Source: Myxococcales bacterium
GTDB lineage: Bacteria > Myxococcota_A > Polyangia > Palsa-1104 > JAEUJZ01
Reading direction: 5' to 3'
Assembly: GCA_033578775.1 (NCBI GenBank)
Contig: JAVQWY010000014.1
Span: 1-64,000 of the forward strand
Length of the DNA stretch: 64,000 nt
This document shows positions 21,274-28,888 of this stretch, piece by piece; positions within the stretch are counted from its first letter, which is position 1; every line of letters begins with the position of its first letter. The notes below the pieces were generated by a model that saw only the letters and a list, made by a program, of their open reading frames with translations, ran no database searches and had not been told where the DNA came from. The position numbers were made by a program, and so were the translations under genes.

Positions 21274-21543
21274 ATGAAGCCCCAGCCCACAGATACCGCC
21301 GCAGTCCTTTATGACATCTACTTGCGCGCCTTTGTGCTCGCCAAATTAGGCAGAGAACTCCCCAATACTGCATTTCTTTACCGCCAGGATGTGCCCCTGT
21401 CGCAGGCCGAGTTGCTGGCCGTGGCCCTCGGCGCAGATGATGCCAGCACGTCGGGCAGCTTGCTCGGGCGGGAGGCCCTGCTGGCTCGCATCGAGGCCCT
21501 GCTCGGTGCCCCCGCCGGGGAACCGATGGCCCTGGTCGCATGA
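21274..21543 (+). CDS. hypothetical cytoplasmic protein (about 89 aa)
   Basis: GGAAG motif before the ATG. Its stop overlaps the next reading frame (ATGA at 21540). No domain recognised. Confidence 0.4.
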   Translation: MKPQPTDTAAVLYDIYLRAFVLAKLGRELPNTAFLYRQDVPLSQAELLAVALGADDASTSGSLLGREALLARIEALLGAPAGEPMALVA

Positions 21544-21719
21544 TGGGCCCGTACCAGAGCCCCTGGGGGCCTCCCGCCGCGCTCATCCCGCAGGGGAGCG
21601 GTGTGCCAGAGGGTCCTGCTCAGGCCCAGCCCGCTGAACCGGCTGACCCCACAGGGCCCGGAATGACCAAACGGTGCGGCGGGCCCTGCCGGGCCCGACC
21701 CTTGCTATCCTGTGCCCCT

Positions 21720-23039
21720 ATGTGCCGTGTTTCCGTGACCGTTCCGGCCGCTCTGGCCGTTCTGCTAGTTGCTTTGCCCTTGCGGGCCCAGATGTCCACC
21801 CCGATGGATGGGAGCGCCGGCACCTGCAGCGGCAGCGTCGGCGGAGCCCCTCTGTCCGGGCAGGTGTTCCTCAACGTCAACGGCATCCGGGTCAGCACCG
21901 CGGGTGGGGCCGCCGGCGGGGTCTTCAGCCTGTCGGAGTGCGAGTGCAGCACGTCGGACATCTTTTTGGAGTTCATCCTCCAACAGGCCATTCCCAATGC
22001 GCTGGGCGACCTGGGCGCCGCCATGTACATCGGCATCGGCACGGATTGCACGGATCCCACTACGCGCTCGACGAGTTGTAAGGAGATCACCCGCGCCGAC
22101 TACCCTGATGGAAGCGAGTTTAACCTCTCGTTTTCGCTGTTCAAGACCCAGGGACGGGCCTTCTACATCCCCCTGCCGGCCGCGGTGGTAACCTCGCCGA
22201 AGATCGGCGTCAACCCGCCTCCCTTCACCTGCCAGGGCGTGACCTCCTCACGCTCTCTGACCATCTTTCTGGGCGACATTGCGGCCAGCCCGGCCACCTG
22301 CAAGATCCCGCTCCCGGTGCGCACCCTCCTCCCACCCCCGCCTACCGGCGTCACCACCCGCCCGGGCAACCGGGCCGTGTCCGTGCTCTGGAGCGTGCCC
22401 CAGGTCAACGAGGGCGTAGAGCGGTACCAGATCCTATGCCGCGATCGCGCCCGGCCCGATGTGCCCCTTAAGCCAGAGCTGCAGGCGCGACAGCTTTTTT
22501 ACTCCACCTGCATCGACCCGGCCGCGCGCCGCCACATTCGGCGGACGAACATCCCTGGCACGGGCGCAACCCTGCCCATCCCTGACATGGCCCGGAGCAC
22601 CCTGTCGAGCGCGGCACCGTCGCAGCGCGAGCCGCTGGAAACCATGGACATGGGGAGCGCCGACCTGAGCGCCGCGACCGACCCGCCCGGCTCCGGCGAT
22701 GCGTTCCGGCGCCTCGACCCGAGGTTCCTCTGCTCGGGCGAGGTGCGCGCAGCCAGCGGGGCCACCCTGGAGTATCGCGTGGACGGCCTGGACAATGGCC
22801 GGCAGTACGAGTTTGTCGTCGTGGCCATCGACTCTTATGGCAACGCCACCCCGTCGCAGCCCGTGCTGGCCAGCCCGCAGCAGACGCAGAACCTGCTGGA
22901 GGCCCTGCACCGCAGCGGCAACTACGCCGGCGGCTTTGGCTGCTCCGCCACCGGGGGCACGGAAGGCCATCTGCCCGGTGCCCTGGCTGCCCTGTTGTGG
23001 TTTGCCTGGACCCGGCGCCGACGGGGGCCAGCCTCATGA
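21720..23039 (+). CDS. secreted fibronectin-III-like protein with MYXO-CTERM sorting tail
   Basis: Sec signal 'MCRVSVTVPAALAVLLVALPLRAQ'. FN3-like segment ('RPGNRAVSVLWSVPQ...YEFVVVAIDSYGNATPSQPV'). The C-terminus 'GGFGCSATGG...LAALLWFAWTRRRRG' matches the MYXO-CTERM pattern. An alternative start is the ATG at 21663. Confidence 0.6.
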   Translation: MCRVSVTVPAALAVLLVALPLRAQMSTPMDGSAGTCSGSVGGAPLSGQVFLNVNGIRVSTAGGAAGGVFSLSECECSTSDIFLEFILQQAIPNALGDLGAAMYIGIGTDCTDPTTRSTSCKEITRADYPDGSEFNLSFSLFKTQGRAFYIPLPAAVVTSPKIGVNPPPFTCQGVTSSRSLTIFLGDIAASPATCKIPLPVRTLLPPPPTGVTTRPGNRAVSVLWSVPQVNEGVERYQILCRDRARPDVPLKPELQARQLFYSTCIDPAARRHIRRTNIPGTGATLPIPDMARSTLSSAAPSQREPLETMDMGSADLSAATDPPGSGDAFRRLDPRFLCSGEVRAASGATLEYRVDGLDNGRQYEFVVVAIDSYGNATPSQPVLASPQQTQNLLEALHRSGNYAGGFGCSATGGTEGHLPGALAALLWFAWTRRRRGPAS

Positions 23040-23947
23040 CAATGAGAGTGGGATTTGTATTGAGCATGATGGCGGTCCTGACAGCGGCCCCGGCGCGGGC
23101 CGAGTCACCGCAGCGCTTCGCCCTGGAGGTCAAGTTCGGTCCCTACCGTCCCGACATGGACGCCTCGCCGGGCCTGAGCCGGCCGGTGTTCTCGGATCTG
23201 CTCAACCCGCCCGATGCCGCTCGTGGCGATCGCCTCTACCCTGGGCTGCTCACGCAGGTGGAGCTGGACTATCAATTTCTCCATCGTGTTGGCATCTTGG
23301 GCGTCGGCCTGAGCGTCGGCTACCACCGGCGCTCGGCCCCGCAGCTGCGCTACTTTCCCGGAGCAATGCTGGCCACCTGCGACATCCAGGACGAGGTCCT
23401 CACAGCCTCCGACGGCGTCAGGCGGCCCTATAAGAAGTATGTGCTGCCGGACGGCAGCGTGGACCGCCAGGGCGCCTGCTTTTCCAACGACGAGCACGTG
23501 GTCAACGTGCTGCCCCTGTCCGTGCTGCTCGTGTATCGCTTCGACTGGCTGGACAAGCGCTTTGGCGTGCCCCTCATCCCCTACATGAAGGCCGGTCTGG
23601 CCTACTATCTGTGGTGGTTTGGCAGCAGCAGCGAGTTTGTCGTCCGCAAGGAGGTGGATGAGTCCGGGCAGCTGGTCGAAGATGGCCCCACCGCCTCGGG
23701 TGGCACCTTCGGCTTCGTGCTCCAGCCGGGGCTGGCCATCGATCTGGGCGCCATCGACCGGGCGGCAGCCCGCGTCATGGACAAGGAGATCGGCCTGAAC
23801 CGCGTCAGCGCTTTCGTCGAGCTGCACTACGCCCAGATCGACAACTTTGGTCACCCCGCCGAGCGGGACGTGGGCGGCCAGCGCGGACCCACCACCCTCA
23901 ACCTGTCTGACACCACGCTCAGTGCCGGCCTGGCATTTGAGTTTTAG
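23036..23947 (+). CDS. predicted outer-membrane beta-barrel protein
   Basis: Signal peptide 'MTMRVGFVLSMMAVLTAAPARA'. Alternating amphipathic beta-strand pattern. The C-terminal '...LSAGLAFEF' ends in Phe, as is typical for OMP barrels. The start overlaps the upstream stop (ATGA). Confidence 0.5.
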   Translation: MTMRVGFVLSMMAVLTAAPARAESPQRFALEVKFGPYRPDMDASPGLSRPVFSDLLNPPDAARGDRLYPGLLTQVELDYQFLHRVGILGVGLSVGYHRRSAPQLRYFPGAMLATCDIQDEVLTASDGVRRPYKKYVLPDGSVDRQGACFSNDEHVVNVLPLSVLLVYRFDWLDKRFGVPLIPYMKAGLAYYLWWFGSSSEFVVRKEVDESGQLVEDGPTASGGTFGFVLQPGLAIDLGAIDRAAARVMDKEIGLNRVSAFVELHYAQIDNFGHPAERDVGGQRGPTTLNLSDTTLSAGLAFEF

Positions 23948-23952
23948 CGCCC

Positions 23953-25572
23953 ATGCCAGGCCCGCTTCACGTCGAGCTCCGCCTGGTCGACTGGGCCATT
24001 CTGGGCATCTACTTTGCCTTCGTCCTGGGCATTGGCTGGCGGCTCAAGCGCCACATGCGCACGGCGGAGGAATTTCTCCTGTCAGGCCGGTCCATCCCGT
24101 CGTGGATCACGGGCCTGGCTTTTCTGTCAGCCAACCTGGGCGCGCTGGAGGTCATGGGCATGGCCGGCAACGGCTACAAGTATGGCCTCATGACCGCCCA
24201 CTTCTACTGGGTCGGTGCCATCCCGGCCATGGTCTTTGTCGGCCTCTTTATGATGCCCTTTTATTACGGCTCGCGCGCCCGCTCGGTGCCCGAATATCTG
24301 CGCCTGCGCTTCGACGAGAAGACCCGCGGCCTGAACGCGCTGAGCTTCGCCGTGCTCACGGTGCTCATGTCCGGCATCAACATGTATGCCATGGCCATCG
24401 TCTTCGAGGTCATGCTCGGCTGGTCGATCCACGCCTCGATCCTGATGAGCGCCGCGGTGGTGCTGGCCTATACCTACCTGGGCGGGCTGACCTCGTCTAT
24501 CTACAACGAGGTACTGCAGTTCTTCCTTATCGTGTTTGGCTTTGCACCGCTGGCCATCGTCGGTGTAGAGGCCGCCGGCGGCTGGTCTGGCATTGAGCAG
24601 AGGCTGGCCCATACGCCGGGCATGACGGCCATCTGGTCCAGCGCCATGCGCACCACCGACAACCCGATGGGCATCGAGCTGTTTGGCCTGCTGATGGGCC
24701 TGGGCTTCGTGCTCAGCTTTGGCTACTGGTGCACGGACTTCCTCGTGATCCAGCGCGCCATGGCCTCGCGCGACATACCGAGCGCCCAGCGCACGCCGCT
24801 CATCGCCGCCCTGCCCAAGGCCCTGTTTCCGTTCGTGGTGGTGGTGCCAGGGCTGGTGGCCGCTGCGCTCGCCATCGAGCTGCCAGGCAATCGATACGAC
24901 TACACCCTGCCGCTGCTGCTCAAGCGGTTTTACCCCACAGGCATGCTCGGCCTGGGTCTGGCGGCGCTGCTGGCCTCGTTCATGAGCGGCATGGCCGGCA
25001 ACGTGACGGCCTTTAACACGGTCTGGACCTACGACATTTACCAAGCCTACATCCACCGTGGTGCCAGCGACCAGGCGCTGCTGCGCACCGGCCGGCTGGC
25101 GACGCTGTGGGGCGTGGTCGCTTCCATTGGTACGGCCTACCTGGTGCTGCGCTTCGACTCGCTGATGGACTACATGCAGCTGCTGTTTGGCTTCTTCAAC
25201 GCGCCCATCTTTGCTACTTTTCTTCTGGGCATGTTCTGCAAGCGCACCACGGCCAACGGGGCCTTTTACGGTCTGCTGTGTGGCATCTCGGCGGGCATTC
25301 TGCACCACGTCGTTCGCTCCGTCGGGTTCATCCGTTACCCGAGCGACATGGCGGCGGCCTTCTACGGCGCCATCGTGGCCTTTGTGACCTGCTTTGTTGT
25401 CACCGTGCTTGTCTCGCTGGCAGGCCGGGCGCCAGCCGAGGAGGCCCTGCGTGGGTTGGTCTACTCGCTGACGCCGCGGCAGCAGCTGAGGCTGCCCTGG
25501 CACCTGCGCCCCGGAACAGCCGCTGTGGCCGTGCTGGTCGTGGTGGTGCTGCTCAACTGGCGATTTTTCTAG
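23953..25572 (+). CDS. sodium:solute symporter family transporter
   Basis: 539 aa with about 13 predicted TM helices. SSF-type motifs 'GRSIPSWITGLAF' and 'YLGGL'. Starts 6 nt after the upstream stop. Confidence 0.85.
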   Translation: MPGPLHVELRLVDWAILGIYFAFVLGIGWRLKRHMRTAEEFLLSGRSIPSWITGLAFLSANLGALEVMGMAGNGYKYGLMTAHFYWVGAIPAMVFVGLFMMPFYYGSRARSVPEYLRLRFDEKTRGLNALSFAVLTVLMSGINMYAMAIVFEVMLGWSIHASILMSAAVVLAYTYLGGLTSSIYNEVLQFFLIVFGFAPLAIVGVEAAGGWSGIEQRLAHTPGMTAIWSSAMRTTDNPMGIELFGLLMGLGFVLSFGYWCTDFLVIQRAMASRDIPSAQRTPLIAALPKALFPFVVVVPGLVAAALAIELPGNRYDYTLPLLLKRFYPTGMLGLGLAALLASFMSGMAGNVTAFNTVWTYDIYQAYIHRGASDQALLRTGRLATLWGVVASIGTAYLVLRFDSLMDYMQLLFGFFNAPIFATFLLGMFCKRTTANGAFYGLLCGISAGILHHVVRSVGFIRYPSDMAAAFYGAIVAFVTCFVVTVLVSLAGRAPAEEALRGLVYSLTPRQQLRLPWHLRPGTAAVAVLVVVVLLNWRFF

Positions 25573-25579
25573 GAGGCTG

Positions 25580-25829
25580 GATGGGGCTCGACATCCGCTT
25601 GCCCATCGGCCTGATGTTTTGTCTTATGGGGCCGTTGCTGCTCGGGACCGGCCTGGCAGAAGGCAGCCCGCTCAGCGCGCGCACCGGGGGCGCCATGCTG
25701 CTCTTTGGGGGGGTGATGCTGGCGCTGGGGCTGCGCGCTCAGCTTAGCGCCTCCTCATCGGAGGCCTCGTCCTCGTCGGACGCTTCCGCCTCGTCCTCTT
25801 CATCCTCCTCTTCAAACGAGATCACATAG
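25580..25829 (+). CDS. possible small membrane protein downstream of the symporter
   Basis: AGGAGG RBS 6 nt before the ATG. Two hydrophobic helices ('LPIGLMFCLMGPLLLGTGL', 'AMLLFGGVMLALGL'). The C-terminal Ser-rich tail is antisense to the FHA gene's acidic tail, so the true end is uncertain. Confidence 0.25.
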
Positions 25830-26095
25830 TCGCCAATGTAGAGCTTGTCGTCCACGTCCAGCGGCCGCGGCTCCTCGACGCGAAAGCCGTTGACGAAGGT
25901 GCCACAGGTGCTCTTAAGGTCTTCGATCCAGTACTGTTCGTCTTTGACAAACAGGCGCGCGTGCCGCTTGGACACGATGCCGTCGGGCAGCACGATGTCG
26001 TTGGCGCTGCTCAGGCGGCCAATGTTGATCTCGTCCTTTTCGATCTCCAGGCGCCGCTGCTTGCCTTCCTTATGGACGATCCGGAAGACGGGCAC
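25739..26095 (-). CDS. FHA-domain protein with acidic C-terminal tail
   Basis: Canonical FHA elements 'INIGR', 'DIVLPDGIVSKRHARL' and 'IEDLKSTCGTFVNG'. Start assigned to the GTG with an AGGAGG RBS 7 nt upstream. The tail is 'EEEDEEDEAEASDEDEASDEE'. Confidence 0.75.
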   Translation of the reverse strand: MPVFRIVHKEGKQRRLEIEKDEINIGRLSSANDIVLPDGIVSKRHARLFVKDEQYWIEDLKSTCGTFVNGFRVEEPRPLDVDDKLYIGDYVISFEEEDEEDEAEASDEDEASDEEALS

Positions 26096-26227
26096 GATAG
26101 ACCTCCTGCCGCATCGTACCATGGCCTGCCCGAGCCTTCACAGAGGGGGCGTGAAGCGGGATTCACAGGGAGCCCCCGCGCTCAGGCGACGGTTTCGTTG
26201 GCATGCGGGCTGCAATATCCGCCTGCC

Positions 26228-27073
26228 ATGAGAAGCCCGCTGCTTGCCATGGTGATTGCAACGCTGTCCTACATTGCCTCTGGAGCGGAAGGGGGGCTGC
26301 CGCTGGCCCGGGCCAGCGATGCCGCGACCCAGCTTCCCCGGCACCGTCTGGTGGGCGTGATTCTGTCCACCTCGCAGGTCCTGCTTTGGGACGAGGAAAC
26401 CGGCGAGTACCAGCTGCGCCGCGTGGGCGATGAGATCATGGGCGGGCGCATCGTGGCCCTGGAGGAGGACATGATCCTGCTGGAGCGGGGCGAGGAGCGG
26501 GAGGAGATCGGCATCATGCCGCCGCCCCAGCGGCGGATCGCAGCGCGGAGGTCGCGGCGTCTGCCGCCGATGATCGTCCAGGTGGCCCCGGTGGACCAGG
26601 AGCCGTCTGCCGCGACGCTGGCGCCGCAGGCGCCGGCCCAGCCAGTGCCCGGCCCGATGCCGCTGCCGGCCCAGCCAGTGCCCGGCCCGATGCCGCTGCC
26701 GATCCAGCCGCAGAGCCCACCCCCCGTGCCCCCTGCGCCACCGGCTGCGGCACCCCAGCTGGGCCCCGTGCAGGCCCTGTCGCGGGCCCAGCTGGAGCGG
26801 ACCCTGGAGGCCCTCGGCGGATCGGAGCCACCGGTGGCGCTGGCCCCCCATCCCAGCGGGGGCTACCGCATCCTGGCGGTGCAGGCCGGCAGCCTGGCCG
26901 AGGGGATGGGCCTGCGCCCGGGCGACATCGTGCTGCGCATCGACGGCCGGCCCATCCACTCCGTCGGCGACGCCGTTTCCGCCTACGCCTGGCTGCGGCT
27001 GACCGACCAGTTCACCATGGACGTGCTCCGCGACGGCCGCTTGCTGACTCTTCGCTACGTGTTCCAGCCGTAG
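26228..27073 (+). CDS. GspC/PilP-like protein: N-terminal TM helix, HR-like beta domain, Pro-rich linker, C-terminal PDZ
   Basis: 'HRLVGVILSTSQVLLWDEETGEYQLRRVGDEIMGGRIVALEEDMILLERG' resembles the GspC HR/PilP fold. The PDZ segment is 'GYRILAVQAGSLAEGMGLRPGDIVLRIDGRPIHSV'. Confidence 0.55.
   Translation: MRSPLLAMVIATLSYIASGAEGGLPLARASDAATQLPRHRLVGVILSTSQVLLWDEETGEYQLRRVGDEIMGGRIVALEEDMILLERGEEREEIGIMPPPQRRIAARRSRRLPPMIVQVAPVDQEPSAATLAPQAPAQPVPGPMPLPAQPVPGPMPLPIQPQSPPPVPPAPPAAAPQLGPVQALSRAQLERTLEALGGSEPPVALAPHPSGGYRILAVQAGSLAEGMGLRPGDIVLRIDGRPIHSVGDAVSAYAWLRLTDQFTMDVLRDGRLLTLRYVFQP
26637..26702 (+). repeat. 33-bp perfect in-frame tandem duplication (encodes AQPVPGPMPLP twice)
   Basis: 'gcccagccagtgcccggcccgatgccgctgccg' occurs twice in a row inside the Pro-rich linker of the GspC-like gene. 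Confidence 0.8.
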
Positions 27074-27600
27074 CAGAAGGGCCGAGCCCAGGGGCACGAG
27101 GAACGGCCGGCGATCCGGTCGGCCGCAACAGGCCCGCGGGGGTGCAAGCTCACCTCCGGCACGGTGTCCTACGAGGTGGCAGAGGGTGCAGGAGCACGCC
27201 CAGCGAGCTGTCCTGTCTGCCCCCCTGGGGTGGGGGAACACCCTGCAGAGGGTGGTCGCACCTGCGGTGCGCAACGGCCATCGGCCTTTACAGCCCCCGG
27301 GACCGGACCAGACAGCCCCGCTCGCTGTGCTCCGCCCTGCGCCGGCGGCCGCAGAGGCAGCCCCCTGGAAGACCCACCTGCCTCCAAGCGGTCGCGACAG
27401 GAGGCCGGGAGAGAAACGCCGCGCCCTGATCGACCCTGATCGATCGTGATCGATCGTGAAGGCCCGGCTGGACCCAGGAGTCGGGGGGGCACGCTCTGGC
27501 CTCGAACCCCGGACGGAAGGAGGCCACCTGGGTCCGGTGCCAGCCGGGGGCGGACCGCAGGGGCACGGGGTCGGCGCGCCGGTCTGTCGTGATCACTCCC

Positions 27601-27721
27601 GTGCGGCGCCCTGGTGCAGCCGGTCAGTTGCGCCGGTACATCGTGACCACGCAGGTGCGGACCCCGTGCGGCGCCCTGGTGCAGCCAATCAGTCGCGCCG
27701 GTACATCGTGACCACGCAGGC
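27601..27721. repeat. direct repeat of about 56 bp duplicating the 3' end of the thiolase gene
   Basis: 'gtgcggcgccctggtgcagcc(g/a)(g/a)tcagt(t/c)gcgccggtacatcgtgaccacgcagg' occurs at about 27601-27656 and 27666-27721. The second copy contains the real thiolase stop. The first encodes a near-identical '...CVVTMYRRN*' tail. Confidence 0.75.
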
Positions 27722-28867
27722 CCCGCCCAGGCCGAGGTTGTGCTGCAGCGCCACCCGGGCCCCCTCCACCTGCCGCTTGTCCGCGGTGCCACGGAGCTGC
27801 CACACCAGCTCGGCGCACTGGGCCAGCCCGGTTGCGCCCAGCGGGTGACCCTTGGACAGCAGACCCCCGGACGGGTTGATCACGTACTTGCCGCCGTAGG
27901 TGTTGTCGCCGTCCCAGATGAACTTCTCGGCACCGCCCTCCGGGCACAACCCCAGGGCCTCGTAGCTGAGCAGCTCGTTGGTGGTGAAGCAGTCGTGCAG
28001 CTCGACCACATCCACGTCCTCGGGCCCCAGGCCGGCGCGCTCGTAGACCTGCCGGGCGGCGCTCTTGGCCATGTCGTAGCCGACCATCTTGATCATGCTT
28101 TTTTCTTGGAAGCTGGACGGAGAGTCGGTGGTCATGACCTGCGCCGCGATGTAGATGGGTGCAGACAGGCCGCGCCGGTTGGCAAAGTCGCTGGAGCACA
28201 GCACGGCCGCCGCCGCGCCGCAGGTGGGCGGGCAGCACTGGTAGCGCGTCAGCGGGTCGAAGACTTCGTCGGAGGCCAGTATCTCCTCGACGGTCAGCGG
28301 CTGGTTGAAGAGAGCATAGGGATTGTTGGCCGCATGGCGGCGGGCCTTCTCGGCAATCTTGGCGAAGGTCTCGCGTCGCGTGCCGTAGCGCCAGCGGTAC
28401 TCGCGGCCGGCGCCACCGAACATCTGTGCCGTCGGCGGGGCCTGGGTGAAACCCTGCACCTCATTCATGAGGTTGGCGTGCCACTCGACCGGGCTGGCGC
28501 GATCGGTCCACTTGGAGCCGAGCGCGCCCTTTTCCATCTTCTCGAAGCCCAGGGCGAGCACGCACTCGGCACCGCTCTCGATGGCCTGACGGGCGAGCAT
28601 GAGCGCAGTGGAGCCAGTGGCGCAGTTGTTGTTGACGTTGAAGATCGGGATGCCGCGCAGGCCAAGCTCGTAGACTGCGCGCTGTCCGCAGGTGCTGTCA
28701 CCGAAGACGTAGCCGGCATAGACCTGCTCTACGTCCTCGAACCCTACGCCAGCATCGCTCAGGGCCGCGCGGGCGGCCTGGCTGGCCATGATGTGATAGT
28801 CATCGCTCTGGCCCGGCTTCTGGAACTTGGTCATGCCGACGCCAATGACATGGGTCCGTCGTGCCAT
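27689..28867 (-). CDS. SCP2/SCPx-type 3-ketoacyl-CoA thiolase (nonspecific lipid-transfer protein thiolase domain)
   Basis: '[16 protein letters not shown]' N-terminus, active-site Cys in '[11 protein letters not shown]', and 'GHPLGATG' and 'GGLLSKGHP' motifs. AAGAGGTG RBS. Confidence 0.85.
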   Translation of the reverse strand: MARRTHVIGVGMTKFQKPGQSDDYHIMASQAARAALSDAGVGFEDVEQVYAGYVFGDSTCGQRAVYELGLRGIPIFNVNNNCATGSTALMLARQAIESGAECVLALGFEKMEKGALGSKWTDRASPVEWHANLMNEVQGFTQAPPTAQMFGGAGREYRWRYGTRRETFAKIAEKARRHAANNPYALFNQPLTVEEILASDEVFDPLTRYQCCPPTCGAAAAVLCSSDFANRRGLSAPIYIAAQVMTTDSPSSFQEKSMIKMVGYDMAKSAARQVYERAGLGPEDVDVVELHDCFTTNELLSYEALGLCPEGGAEKFIWDGDNTYGGKYVINPSGGLLSKGHPLGATGLAQCAELVWQLRGTADKRQVEGARVALQHNLGLGGACVVTMYRRD

Positions 28868-28888
28868 CGTGCACCTCTTGCGGGCAGC

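Noticed and set aside
21540-21719. Upstream extension of the FN3/MYXO-CTERM ORF to the ATG at 21540
   Set aside because: It would place 60 residues before a perfectly formed Sec signal peptide. The downstream ATG at 21720 was preferred, with 21663 as an alternative.
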